Notes under the pieces: generated by a model
Seen by the model: the letters and a program-made list of their open reading frames with translations, nothing else
Told to the model about the DNA's origin: nothing
The model's database searches: none
Shown here: positions 31,612 to 42,640 of the stretch, piece by piece
Position numbering within the stretch: position 1 is the first letter of the stretch
Layout: each line of letters begins with the position of its first letter
Assembly: GCA_028345955.1 (NCBI GenBank)
Contig: JAOMEO010000001.1
Coordinates: forward strand, 48,739 to 112,738
From: Candidatus Thioglobus sp.
GTDB lineage: Bacteria > Pseudomonadota > Gammaproteobacteria > PS1 > Pseudothioglobaceae
Length of the DNA: 64,000 nucleotides
Direction: 5' to 3'
Translations under genes and position numbers: made by a program

Positions 31612-32856
31612 ATGAAAAACGCTTTTTATGCTCAATCAGGCGGTGTGACTGCAGTTATTAATGCTTCGGCCTGCGGCGTCATTGAAACGGCACGCAAACA
31701 TTCAAATAAAATTGGTAAAGTTTATGCAGGTGAAAACGGCATTATTGGCGCTCTTACTGAAAACCTGATAGATACCTCACTCGAATCAGATTCAGATATA
31801 GCAGCCCTAAACCATACCCCATCAGGTGGGTTCGGCTCCTGTCGCTATAAAATGAAATCTTTGGAAGCTAACAAAGCTGAATATGAGCGCTTAATTGAGG
31901 TTTTTAAGGCACATAATATTGGTTATTTTTTCTACAATGGTGGTGGTGACTCAGCCGACACCTGTTTAAAGGTTTCTCAACTCTCTGAAAGTATGGGATA
32001 CCCAATACAGGCTATCCATATCCCTAAAACAGTTGATAATGATTTACCGGTCACAGACAATTGCCCAGGTTTTGGTTCTGTTGCTAAATATATTGCTGTA
32101 TCTACAATGGAGGCGAGCTTTGACGTTGCCTCTATGGCGTCTACGTCAACTAAAGTTTTTGTGCTCGAAGTGATGGGTAGACATGCAGGGTGGATTGCTG
32201 CAGCTGGAGGACTAGTGGATTCATCAATACCAGTTGTCATTCTATTTCCTGAGGTTAGTTTTGATGAAAAAGCTTTCCTTGATAAAGTTGATAACAACGT
32301 AAAAGAATTTGGCTATTGCACCATTGTTGTCTCTGAGGGCACAAAATGGCCAGATGGAAGATTCCTAGCAGAGCAAGGCACTCGTGATGACTTTGGACAT
32401 GCACAACTAGGTGGCGCTGCTCCTGTCGTCGCAAATTTAATTAAAAATGCTCTGGGATATAAATTTCACTGGGCAGTGGCAGACTACTTGCAGCGTTCAG
32501 CACGCCACTTGGCTTCAAATTCTGATGTCGAACAGGCATATGCCCTTGGGCAAGCGGCAGTCGAAATGGCTCTAGAAGGAAAAAATTCTGTAATGCCAGC
32601 TATTGTTCGAATCTCTAATAATCCTTACAAATGGGAAATTGGTTGTGGCGAATTAAAAGATGTTGCAAACGTTGAAAAGATGATGCCTCAAAACTATATT
32701 TCAGAAGACGGTTTTTCTATTACCAATTCTTGTCGTGAATATTTACTACCACTGATTGAAGGTGAGAATTATCCTCCGTATAATTGTGGTTTGCCAGATT
32801 ACGTGGTATTAAAAAAATTAAAACTTGACAAAAAATTACCTCCATTTGAGGTTTAA
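31612..32856 (+). CDS. pfp: Pyrophosphate-dependent 6-phosphofructokinase
   Basis: QSGGVTAVIN, GGGDS (Asp at PPi-specificity position), PKTVDND, EVMGRHAGW. Confidence 0.88.
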   Translation: MKNAFYAQSGGVTAVINASACGVIETARKHSNKIGKVYAGENGIIGALTENLIDTSLESDSDIAALNHTPSGGFGSCRYKMKSLEANKAEYERLIEVFKAHNIGYFFYNGGGDSADTCLKVSQLSESMGYPIQAIHIPKTVDNDLPVTDNCPGFGSVAKYIAVSTMEASFDVASMASTSTKVFVLEVMGRHAGWIAAAGGLVDSSIPVVILFPEVSFDEKAFLDKVDNNVKEFGYCTIVVSEGTKWPDGRFLAEQGTRDDFGHAQLGGAAPVVANLIKNALGYKFHWAVADYLQRSARHLASNSDVEQAYALGQAAVEMALEGKNSVMPAIVRISNNPYKWEIGCGELKDVANVEKMMPQNYISEDGFSITNSCREYLLPLIEGENYPPYNCGLPDYVVLKKLKLDKKLPPFEV

Positions 32857-32863
32857 TTACTAA

Positions 32864-33526
<663 letters not shown>

Positions 33527-33605
33527 GTCTTGTTGGTGTCATAACGTGAAAGAAAAGACCTTTAAATAATATAAAGCCTCTAGCTTTATAAATTCATAGT
33601 CTATG

Positions 33606-34097
33606 TCATAAAACTATTTTAAATTTAACCCGTTCAGTGCCGTCTTCTGAACCTTTAACCATAACCTTATCATTATCGATGTCATAGTCCAATGTTTCTC
33701 CACTAAACGAATCGAAGCCTTGAACCAGATGCGCATTACCAACCAAAAAAATCATACCTTCATTGACATCATATGTAATTAGAGTTGCAGTGGCTTCAAT
33801 AAAACGATCTTGATTTTCTTGGTCCTGGGAATATTTCGCAGGTTCCTGAAGGCTGCCTTTTGCAATCACAGTCACAACCTCTTCATCATTGGTTTGTACT
33901 TGGATTAGTTCAGCCAATAAAAGGAGTGAACCTTGTCTGACTTCTGCATTACCACTAAATTCATTAAATCCCTTAATTTCATCAACAAAAACAGAATGGG
34001 CCTCAATTTCAATAGGTTGCTTTGCATCCTCTGGAAGAGCCAAAACCAGCGAAGTAAAAAAAACTAGAAATAATATGATTGCTTTATTCAAAAACAC
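33606..34097 (-). CDS. lptA: LPS transport periplasmic protein LptA
   Basis: Signal peptide, LPEDAKQPIEIEA, FSGNAEVRQG, LVGNAHLVQG, terminal RVKFKI. Confidence 0.9.
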   Translation of the reverse strand: MFLNKAIILFLVFFTSLVLALPEDAKQPIEIEAHSVFVDEIKGFNEFSGNAEVRQGSLLLLAELIQVQTNDEEVVTVIAKGSLQEPAKYSQDQENQDRFIEATATLITYDVNEGMIFLVGNAHLVQGFDSFSGETLDYDIDNDKVMVKGSEDGTERVKFKIVL

Positions 34098-35055
34098 CTA
34101 GCACTCCACCTATTAGTTTAACTTTTTTTGTTTTTGCATCATAATGCATTCTTTTTGCACGTATGTCAGAGACTTGTGTTTGATAATGAGTTGAATCATT
34201 CGATTTGTACACTTCATTACCGTTCGATTGATCTACAATTAGATCGAAACTCTCTATTGTGCTACCTCCCATTGTACTGCCTCCACTACTCAATATCTCA
34301 ACTTCACCAAATAATTTCATCAAATTCTCATTCATATCCAAATCTATTCCTTTATCTGCACTAACCTTATTATCATTTGAGTTGTAAACCGTTTTACCTG
34401 CACTCTTATAGAGTTTTTTTCCATCAGTATGACTAACAAACAAGTTTTCAGTCTCAATAACTGAACCAGAATCTTGATTAATTATTGTCTTTCCTATAAG
34501 AGACATAGTGTCATCTTCAATATTCATTTCCATTCCCTGTGCATCAATTTTTTCATTCTCCCCTAAATAGGTAACCTTTCTATCACTCTTAATTTGACCG
34601 TTATTAGAAAATACAATCAAGGACTCTGAATTTATCTCATGTGAAATCCCATTCTTAGATTGGATGTTAACTTCACCATTAAAAAATATCTCACCTGATT
34701 CTAGAATTTCAGCACGATTCGATGTCAACAAGACACCTTGCTGACCAAATTCATCATATGTCGTAACCTTAACATTAAGCAACTCTACTGGTTTATTTTT
34801 TTTTCTAGAATAAGTTCCAGCCTCAAGAATATGTAATAAGAGTTGCTCATTTGAGTACTCCTTAAGGACAAAATTATCTATTCTTTCAAGATAAGCAGCC
34901 TCATTAATTTCTTCTTGCATATTATCTGACTGTTGAATGTTTTTCTGGAATAAAGAAATCCCCATAATATTATCTTGAAATAGCCACAGAATAGCTATCA
35001 TAACTATAATAAATACTATGATTGATTGAATTTTCCTAATCTGAAAAGCTGCCAT
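34084..35055 (-). CDS. lptC: LPS export protein LptC, elongated with repeated beta-jellyroll segments
   Basis: N-terminal TM helix; LptC-like segments (IKSDRKVT...AQGM); upstream of and overlapping lptA; 323 aa. Confidence 0.75.
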   Translation of the reverse strand: MAAFQIRKIQSIIVFIIVMIAILWLFQDNIMGISLFQKNIQQSDNMQEEINEAAYLERIDNFVLKEYSNEQLLLHILEAGTYSRKKNKPVELLNVKVTTYDEFGQQGVLLTSNRAEILESGEIFFNGEVNIQSKNGISHEINSESLIVFSNNGQIKSDRKVTYLGENEKIDAQGMEMNIEDDTMSLIGKTIINQDSGSVIETENLFVSHTDGKKLYKSAGKTVYNSNDNKVSADKGIDLDMNENLMKLFGEVEILSSGGSTMGGSTIESFDLIVDQSNGNEVYKSNDSTHYQTQVSDIRAKRMHYDAKTKKVKLIGGVLGVFE

Positions 35056-35056
35056 T

Positions 35057-35626
35057 ATGTTAGATCAAAGAATACAAGGTTTATACGGGATTACACCAAA
35101 CAATAATCTGAATATCGCACTGATTGAGCGTGTGATTACCGAACATCAAGTCAACATTCTCCAATACCGCCATAAAACCAACGACGAACAACTAAAACTA
35201 GACGAAGCGCAACAGTTGCTCGACATATGCCTAACACATAATACTTTATTTATAGTCAATGATGATATTAACCTTTGTGAGAAAGTTGGTGCTGATGGTG
35301 TTCATTTAGGTCAAAACGATAATTCTATTAATACCGCTCGAGGACAACTGGGTGATAAAGCGATCATTGGTGTGTCTTGCTACAATCAATTACAGCTTGC
35401 CTTTGAAGCTGAAAAAATGGGGGCTAACTATGTCGCTTTTGGCGCACTGTTCAACTCGACAACCAAGCCCACTGTAAGTCACTGCCCTTTATCAGTTATT
35501 AGAAGTGCGAAAGAAAAACTTAATTTATCTATTGTTGGAATTGGAGGTATTACTTTTGAAAATAAAAAATTGGCTTTTGCAGCGGGTTGTGATGCTGTGG
35601 CAATGTTGAATGGTTTATTTTCTTAA
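35057..35626 (+). CDS. thiE: Thiamine-phosphate synthase
   Basis: GLYGIT, LQYRHK, IVNDD, DGVHLGQND, GVSCY, STTK, IGGIT. Confidence 0.96.
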   Translation: MLDQRIQGLYGITPNNNLNIALIERVITEHQVNILQYRHKTNDEQLKLDEAQQLLDICLTHNTLFIVNDDINLCEKVGADGVHLGQNDNSINTARGQLGDKAIIGVSCYNQLQLAFEAEKMGANYVAFGALFNSTTKPTVSHCPLSVIRSAKEKLNLSIVGIGGITFENKKLAFAAGCDAVAMLNGLFS

Positions 35627-35666
35627 TGTCTTATGAAACAAGGAATTTATTAACAAAATAATTCAC

Positions 35667-36365
35667 CTAGTAGAGACTTTTTGTTGACCTCTTACCATAT
35701 TCTCTTTCACTCAAAAATTGTGAAATATATCCCTGTCTTGTCCACAAAAGTTGATAGTATAAGTTCTGAATTTCCGCTACAGTTGAGCGTTTCACTGCTT
35801 TTAATGACAATAAGTTATCTTTCCACTTTGCTAGTTTTGGATGCTTTTCTGAAACAATAATAGGTTTGTAAATTTTTGCTAAAAACTCCAACCTTTGGAA
35901 TACAGGAGCATAACTCGAGTCCACTAAAGAAAACTGCTCTCCGTTGAAAAATGGTTCAGCGCTTATATAGTCTTCAACCAGATCAAAATCGTTCAGCAAT
36001 TCTTTAAGTGTATCTTCAAAGTCATTTTTTTTCTCTTTTATGGTTAGCTGGAAAGTGTACAAGCTGATATTGTTACAGAACTCAATCCAACTTCTATTTA
36101 TCGCTTTCATCAGTAAATCTTCTGGATGAAGCATTGGTGAATATACTTCATCAATATATTCATTGATAACAGCTGATTCAAAAATTACCGCACCATCAAC
36201 GATTAAGAGTGGTACTTTTTTTAGGGGTGATATAGCTAAAAACCATTCAGGCGGACTACCTAAATCAATATATTCTATATCATAATCAATACCTTTATAT
36301 TGAAGCGTAATGGCAACTCTTTGCACGAAAGGGCAGGCCTTATAACTGACAAGTTTAAGTGTCAT
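35667..36365 (-). CDS. Glutathione S-transferase family protein
   Basis: CPFVQRV, SPLKKVP, FESAVINEY, FSLVD. Confidence 0.92.
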   Translation of the reverse strand: MTLKLVSYKACPFVQRVAITLQYKGIDYDIEYIDLGSPPEWFLAISPLKKVPLLIVDGAVIFESAVINEYIDEVYSPMLHPEDLLMKAINRSWIEFCNNISLYTFQLTIKEKKNDFEDTLKELLNDFDLVEDYISAEPFFNGEQFSLVDSSYAPVFQRLEFLAKIYKPIIVSEKHPKLAKWKDNLLSLKAVKRSTVAEIQNLYYQLLWTRQGYISQFLSEREYGKRSTKSLY

Positions 36366-36427
36366 ATTTTCCTTTGATAAAGAACTCAGAACTGACTGGT
36401 ATGTAAAGTTTCTGTATCTTTCATTGG

Positions 36428-37561
36428 TTAATCAAATCTAGGGTTGTTTTTGTAAGTGTATCCTCCCTTCAGTCCACTCTTTGACATTACCAATTGCCAT
36501 AATTGGTTTCGCCTAGAGCGAAAAGTGCCGGCACACATTAACAAATAGTACTCCCACATACGCTTAAATCGATCATCATACAAATCTTTTAATTTATCAA
36601 AATTATTTTGAAAGTTTTTATTCCAAGACATCAAGGTTGCATCATAATCCTGTCCAAAATTGTGCCAATCTTCAACCACAAACAAACCTTCTGAAGCGGC
36701 ACTAATTTGTTGAGCTGAAGGTGTCATACCGTTAGGAAAAATATACTTATTAATCCAAGGCTCAGTTGTACGACGCGAATGGTTTCGACCAATTGTGTGA
36801 AGTAAAAAGAGCCCATCCTCCTTTAAACATCGATGAACAACCTCCATGTATTTTTTATAATTTTGATACCCTACATGTTCAAACATTCCAACTGAAACAA
36901 CACGATCATATTGGCCGTTTAGTTCTCGATAATCCTTTAACTCAATGTTTACATTCAAACCTTTACAGGAGTTTTGTGCAAATACGACCTGCTGTTGTGA
37001 AATTGTCACACCATGAACAATAACACCATAATTTTCAGCAGCATATTTAGCGAAACCGCCCCAACCACACCCTATCTCAAGTACATTCATGCCAGACTTC
37101 AAATGCATCTTCCGACATATTAAATCTAGCTTATTGACTTGCGCCTGATCCAAGTTTTCAGCGTTCCTCCAATAACCGCAAGAGTAGTTCATTCTTTCAT
37201 CAAGCATTAATGAAAACAAGTCATTACCTACATCGTAGTGTTTTTCTCCTACTATGTAAGCTCTATTTTTACTCTGGGGGTTAAAAAGGTAAGCTCTTAA
37301 TAAAACCAGAAAAAAAGACGGGCTGGAAGCTCTAATTTGCTTGTCTATACGACCACTTAAAAGTTTATCACTCAATTGGTCTAACGCCTTACAGTCCCAC
37401 CATCCATCCATATAACTCTCACCTAACGCTAAAGAGCCACCACTTAAAACTCTTGAGTAAAAACGTTCGTCAAGAACTTGAAGATCCCAAGGTCTTGAGC
37501 CATTGATTTCAACATCAACAGTTTTAAGAATTCTATCAACTGTATTTTTATAATCTGCCAA
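36428..37561 (-). CDS. cfa: Cyclopropane fatty-acyl-phospholipid synthase
   Basis: LGESYMDGWW, HYDVGND, MNYSCGYW, EIGCGWGG, VGMFEHVG, YIFPNG. Confidence 0.96.
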   Translation of the reverse strand: MADYKNTVDRILKTVDVEINGSRPWDLQVLDERFYSRVLSGGSLALGESYMDGWWDCKALDQLSDKLLSGRIDKQIRASSPSFFLVLLRAYLFNPQSKNRAYIVGEKHYDVGNDLFSLMLDERMNYSCGYWRNAENLDQAQVNKLDLICRKMHLKSGMNVLEIGCGWGGFAKYAAENYGVIVHGVTISQQQVVFAQNSCKGLNVNIELKDYRELNGQYDRVVSVGMFEHVGYQNYKKYMEVVHRCLKEDGLFLLHTIGRNHSRRTTEPWINKYIFPNGMTPSAQQISAASEGLFVVEDWHNFGQDYDATLMSWNKNFQNNFDKLKDLYDDRFKRMWEYYLLMCAGTFRSRRNQLWQLVMSKSGLKGGYTYKNNPRFD

Positions 37562-37589
37562 CTGTTCCCTTTTATTGTTAAATCAATAC

Positions 37590-38105
37590 TTAATATTGAA
37601 TATTGTTAGACTTTGATTTCAAAATTACTAATATACTCAAAACTAAGAACAAAGCAAACCAAATCAAAGACCAGCCAGCCATACTGAGGCCAAAAAACTG
37701 CCAAGGTATTTCTGCACAATTACCATCTCCCATGAATAGTGCATTCAGTAAATCTCCGAATGGGAACACTTCTAAAATATACTCCAGTGGTGGTCCACAT
37801 AAGGGAACTTCATCTTCTGGCAAGCTTTGTAACCAGACTTGACGACCAGCTACCCATATTCCCGCAGCTGAAGCTAAAGAAATAATTGCAGCATAAAAAC
37901 GGCTTATTGTTAATACAGGGTTATGATTAAAGGCAATAAAGGCTGTAATACCAACAATACTATAAAAGAATTGTTGAGTGACACATAAAGGACAAGGTTC
38001 TAATCCCAGTATTTTAATGCTGTAAGCTGCATAGCCAATAAGACCCCCTACAGCTAAAAAAATTATTAAGTAGATTTGACGTGCTGAAAGTTGTCGAATT
38101 TTCAT
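37590..38105 (-). CDS. dsbB: Disulfide bond formation protein B
   Basis: EPCPLC, second Cys pair (LCGPPL...GNCA), four TM segments. Confidence 0.95.
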   Translation of the reverse strand: MKIRQLSARQIYLIIFLAVGGLIGYAAYSIKILGLEPCPLCVTQQFFYSIVGITAFIAFNHNPVLTISRFYAAIISLASAAGIWVAGRQVWLQSLPEDEVPLCGPPLEYILEVFPFGDLLNALFMGDGNCAEIPWQFFGLSMAGWSLIWFALFLVLSILVILKSKSNNIQY

Positions 38106-38117
38106 TTTATATTTGCC

Positions 38118-38705
38118 TCAAGTTCTTTTCCCATACCTTGCAACTTCTTCAGGGTCGTCAGCTTTTGGTTTGGCAAAGAAATTATTAATCATAGGAATAA
38201 AAAAATCTAGAGATTCTGAATCGTAATCTGGATCAAAGCAGTTTTGATCATATTCATGACAGAAATTTATAGCATCTTGATACCAAGGGTTTTCACTAAA
38301 CAATTCACGAACATTTCTATCTCCACCAGAATGATGGGCGAAATAATACATCTGAAAAACTCCGTGATGTTTAACAATCCAATAAGTCTTTTCAGAAACA
38401 AAAGGTCTCAGCAATGCTGCTGCCATTTCAGAATGAGAATATGGAGCCAACTCATCACCAATATCATGAAACAACACAGCCATCACCATTTCCATATTTT
38501 CACCGGCACGGTGTGCTCTGGTGGCGCCTTGTAGGCTATGCTCCAATCGACTAATTTGATAACCTGAGAGACTAGAATTTAAAGACTTAAGTCTTTCTAT
38601 TAAACGCTCTGGAAGGTCAGCCTTGAACTGCTCTTCCAATTGGTCAAGAAAAGCATACTCTTCTGCAGTACCATTCTCCATCCTAGTAAAGTTAACTTTA
38701 TCCAT
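38118..38705 (-). CDS. HD-domain metalloprotein (PhnZ/MIOX-like diiron ligand pattern)
   Basis: RLEHSLQ, LFHDIGD, SHSE, KHHG, YDQ. Confidence 0.85.
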   Translation of the reverse strand: MDKVNFTRMENGTAEEYAFLDQLEEQFKADLPERLIERLKSLNSSLSGYQISRLEHSLQGATRAHRAGENMEMVMAVLFHDIGDELAPYSHSEMAAALLRPFVSEKTYWIVKHHGVFQMYYFAHHSGGDRNVRELFSENPWYQDAINFCHEYDQNCFDPDYDSESLDFFIPMINNFFAKPKADDPEEVARYGKRT

Positions 38706-38738
38706 TTTGCAATCTCTTTCTAATCATCATTTCAATCT

Positions 38739-39332
38739 TTATACTCTCTTTGCACCATCTTTCAACAAACCTGCCACATAATGAGAGAATGAATGCCTAA
38801 CCATCATCATAAGTTTATCTTCTGCTGTCAGAAAAATAATCACAGGTGCCTGACCAAAAGTAGTTGACACAACCTTTCCAGAATTAAGTGAGCCGCTTAA
38901 ATCATAACTCATCCACCTCGACAACAGTTCATGTACCTTTTTCCCAATAAATTCAAGAACACCATATGCAGCAGAATTATCGACCATCGACATCTCAACA
39001 GGAAGTGATTCAATTTTATTCCATATATCGGCCTTTTGTTGCTCACTATGCAACAGCCAAAACTCGTCAGGGCTAATCCAAAGACACTGAACGCCATCAC
39101 TATTTGTCGAAATAGAAAGCTCCTCTGGCAAAGTCACATCCAATATTTCATAAGAATCTTTTTTGCTTTTTTCATAATCTTTAGATGTTCGTAAAATAGT
39201 TAAAGATTTTCCAACAACTTCACGACAGGAAAGATTTTTTTGATTGGCTAAATAGCCTTCTTGATCAATGAGCGGCTGAAAAGTTGATGCAAACTTAGGT
39301 ATTAAATTTTCTTTTGAACTAGTCATTACCAT
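38739..39332 (-). CDS. soxG: Sarcosine oxidase subunit gamma
   Basis: LWISPDEFWL, VDNSAAY, VRHSFSHY; last of the B-D-A-G order. Confidence 0.85.
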   Translation of the reverse strand: MVMTSSKENLIPKFASTFQPLIDQEGYLANQKNLSCREVVGKSLTILRTSKDYEKSKKDSYEILDVTLPEELSISTNSDGVQCLWISPDEFWLLHSEQQKADIWNKIESLPVEMSMVDNSAAYGVLEFIGKKVHELLSRWMSYDLSGSLNSGKVVSTTFGQAPVIIFLTAEDKLMMMVRHSFSHYVAGLLKDGAKRV

Positions 39333-42300
39333 CTACCTTTTCACCTTCAATATCATAAAAAACGCTGCTAGATATTTCACAAGGAATTTCTTTCAGACCT
39401 TGCTTTTTTTGAACTATTTTAACCAGCACTGTTTCACCTATTTTTGACAAACCCCCCTTAATTTGCGCCATGGCAATAGACCTATTAAGTATAGGGCTGA
39501 AATAACTGGAGGTAACATAACCGATCGATTTGCCCTTATTATCAATAGCATTTGCACCCTCAGGAAGCACAGTAGATGAATCTTTTGTCATCAAACCAAC
39601 AAGTTGTAAACGGTCTTCAGTGCACAGAGCAGAAATACTAAAAGAGCGACGACCTACATATGAAAAAGACTTATCTTTGGCAAGAATCCAACTCATATTA
39701 ACATCCATTGGTGTCATCGAGCCGTCAGTGTCTTGACCAACAATAATGTAACCTTTTTCTGCCCGCAGCACGTGCATTGATTCTGTGCCATATGGTGTAA
39801 TATTCCATTGCTCACCAGTAATAGCAACCTGATCCCAAATATATCGTCCATAATTTGCTTCAACATTAATCTCATAAGCAAGTTCACCAGAAAAGCTGAT
39901 TCGCATAATTCGAGCGTCAACTCCACAAACCGTACCCTGACGCCACTGCATGAATTTGAAATTTTCGCGCTCAAAGTCAACATCTTGACAAAGCAATTTC
40001 ATTAACTTACGTGCATTAGGCCCTACAACGGCAACGGTTGAATACTGATCAGTGACACTATTGAGGTGAACATCCAAATCACTCCATTCAGTCTGCAGCC
40101 ACATTTCTAATGCGGAGTAAACACTTGCAGCACCGCCTGTTGTGGTTGTCATAATGAAATGGTTGTTATTTATACAAGCTGACACTCCGTCATCAATGAT
40201 CATTCCTTTTTCATTACACATAAGGCCATAGCGGCAGCTGCCTGGTGCCAGCTTCATCCAAGCATTGGTATAAACTCTTGACAAAAACTCTCTGGCGTCA
40301 CTACCCTGAACGTCAATCTTACCAAGCGTTGAAGCGTCCATCATACCAAGTGAGGTTCTCGCAGCTAAACACTCTCGATGAACCGCTTGATGCATATTCT
40401 CACCGGTTTTTGGATAATACCAAGGACGATACCATTGCCCCACAACCTCAAACTCAGCACCACTTGCAACATGGGAATCATGAATCGTTGTATAGCGTTG
40501 AGGATCAAAAAAGTCTCCAATCTCTCTACCTGCCATGGCGCCAAAATCTACTCCAGTGTATGCAGGACGAAAAGTCGTAGTACCTACTTCTGACATCGGA
40601 ATTTCCAACAATTCAGCTGCTACTGCTATGCCATTAATATTGCCTGTTTTCCCTTGGTCAGTTCCAAACCCCATAGCTGTATAGCGTTTAATATGCTCAA
40701 TAGAACGATAACCCTCTCTTATTGAGAGGGCGACATCCAAAGTAGTCACATCATTCTGCAGATCCAGAAATACTTTTGGCATATTCAGGATTTCTTTTGG
40801 GGTGAAAAATTGACTAACATTAAAAAAGTTTGAGTAATTTTCACTCAAGATTTCTTGTGTCAACTTACTCACAACACCCAAAGCATTAAGAGTAAATTGG
40901 GCTTTATTTTTTGCATCAATGATGGCATCTTGCCAAGCACCTGCACCTGCTACCGCGCCACAAACCTCCCTGTTATCTCGATCTTGTTGTGGCAAAAATG
41001 ATTGTGAAACTTCATCAAAATAAGTTTTAGCACCGTTATGACAGTCAAGATGAACGACTGGATTAAAGCCGCCAGAAGTTGCCAATAAGTCACAACTCAA
41101 TGTTTCTGTATCTCCAAAAACCTGCCAACTATTGCCTTGAAGCATTGTTTGTTTAATTTCAACACCTTTAACCCGGTGCGAACCAAGTGCCTTAACAATT
41201 GAATAGCCCTGCAAAACCTTTACTCCTGAGTCTTTTAGTTCGGAAATAATCTCAATTGGCTTTTCGGAAGATCTGACGTCAACAACTATACATTCAATGT
41301 CATTAACATGAAGATCTTTAGCAGTACTATAAATACTGTCATTGTTGCCGTATATAACAACTTTTTTACCTGAAATTACACCATATTCATGTAAGTAACG
41401 TCTCACTGATTGACTCAACATAATATTGGTCAAATCATTAGCTTCAAACAACATAGGACGTTCATGGGCACCTGTTGCTAAAATTACTTCTTTAGCTCGA
41501 ATTCTATGTACTATTTTTCTAGCCTTTTGGGACTCCGATGAAGTTAATGACTCAGCTGTTGTGATGGTTTCTAAAACTTCAATGAAGTTCTGATCATGCC
41601 ACGCATAGGCGGTTGATTGGGTCAACAAGGTAAATCGCTCACTGTCCTTATTAGAAAAAGATAATAATCTATTAACACTATCCTTATGCCACGTCATAGC
41701 AGCTTCATCACTCGAGAATTCATTAAATAATTCGCCACCTAATTGGCTACGTTCATCAACCAGAATAACTCTTTCTTTCTCAGAATTATTGAGAACCTCT
41801 AATGCTGCTGAAATACCTGCAGCACCGCCACCAATGACAACGACTTCAGCATGATGAAAGATATGGTCGTAAACATCAACATCTTCCTCAGTTGGCGCTT
41901 TTGAAAAACCTGAAAATGCACGGATACTGTCTTCTACTTTAGCCCAAACCTTTTGTTTAATAAAAGTCTTATAATAAAAACCGGCCGGCATAAAACGATG
42001 TAATGGCTTGATAAAAGCACGCATATCGAATGCATTAGGGTTGCTTGCACTAACGGCACTTAGGCCATCATAAAGCGTAATTTCAGTGGCCTTTAGGTTA
42101 GGTGTATAACGACCACCTATCTCTAGCGATACTAAGGCGTTTGGCTCTTCAACACCAGCAGCCATAAGACCACGTTTTCTTCCATACTTAAAGCTTCTCG
42201 CAAACAAAAACGAATCATTTGCCAGTAAAGCAGATGCTAAAGTGTCTCCTTCATAACCCTTATAGCGTTTATTGTTAAAAATAAAATTTAACGATTTAGA

Positions 42301-42339
42301 ATAGTCGACTTGATGACTTGAATGTTGTGCTAATCTCAT
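39319..42339 (-). CDS. soxA: Sarcosine oxidase subunit alpha
   Basis: GDTLASALLAN, RSFKYGR, GFYYKTF, KRYTAMGFGTDQGK, GCV_T-like C-terminus (RISFSGELAYEI, PYGTE). Confidence 0.96.
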   Translation of the reverse strand: MRLAQHSSHQVDYSKSLNFIFNNKRYKGYEGDTLASALLANDSFLFARSFKYGRKRGLMAAGVEEPNALVSLEIGGRYTPNLKATEITLYDGLSAVSASNPNAFDMRAFIKPLHRFMPAGFYYKTFIKQKVWAKVEDSIRAFSGFSKAPTEEDVDVYDHIFHHAEVVVIGGGAAGISAALEVLNNSEKERVILVDERSQLGGELFNEFSSDEAAMTWHKDSVNRLLSFSNKDSERFTLLTQSTAYAWHDQNFIEVLETITTAESLTSSESQKARKIVHRIRAKEVILATGAHERPMLFEANDLTNIMLSQSVRRYLHEYGVISGKKVVIYGNNDSIYSTAKDLHVNDIECIVVDVRSSEKPIEIISELKDSGVKVLQGYSIVKALGSHRVKGVEIKQTMLQGNSWQVFGDTETLSCDLLATSGGFNPVVHLDCHNGAKTYFDEVSQSFLPQQDRDNREVCGAVAGAGAWQDAIIDAKNKAQFTLNALGVVSKLTQEILSENYSNFFNVSQFFTPKEILNMPKVFLDLQNDVTTLDVALSIREGYRSIEHIKRYTAMGFGTDQGKTGNINGIAVAAELLEIPMSEVGTTTFRPAYTGVDFGAMAGREIGDFFDPQRYTTIHDSHVASGAEFEVVGQWYRPWYYPKTGENMHQAVHRECLAARTSLGMMDASTLGKIDVQGSDAREFLSRVYTNAWMKLAPGSCRYGLMCNEKGMIIDDGVSACINNNHFIMTTTTGGAASVYSALEMWLQTEWSDLDVHLNSVTDQYSTVAVVGPNARKLMKLLCQDVDFERENFKFMQWRQGTVCGVDARIMRISFSGELAYEINVEANYGRYIWDQVAITGEQWNITPYGTESMHVLRAEKGYIIVGQDTDGSMTPMDVNMSWILAKDKSFSYVGRRSFSISALCTEDRLQLVGLMTKDSSTVLPEGANAIDNKGKSIGYVTSSYFSPILNRSIAMAQIKGGLSKIGETVLVKIVQKKQGLKEIPCEISSSVFYDIEGEKVDGND

Positions 42340-42620
42340 AATTCAGTCTCGTTATTTCTAGCACCGAAAGGTGCCACTTGCAATATTTGGTGACTGATAG
42401 TTGATCGCTCTACCAAGAAATATTTTCGACAACCATTGGCGTGAACCCATTGTTCCCAATGATTGCCTTTGTGGTTGGTTCGGTAAAAAACGTAATCGGC
42501 CCACTCTTCGTCGCTAATACCTTCTGGATTCTTAGGTCTTGCGATAAAGGCTTCCCCAGCTGGAGAAAATTCGCTTTGGTCTCTTGATTCTTTACAGTAT
42601 GGACAATGAATTAATAACAT
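42336..42620 (-). CDS. soxD: Sarcosine oxidase subunit delta
   Basis: IHCPYC, EWADYVFYR, EQWVHANGC. Confidence 0.95.
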   Translation of the reverse strand: MLLIHCPYCKESRDQSEFSPAGEAFIARPKNPEGISDEEWADYVFYRTNHKGNHWEQWVHANGCRKYFLVERSTISHQILQVAPFGARNNETEL

Positions 42621-42640
42621 ATTCTTACCTATTTTGTGAA

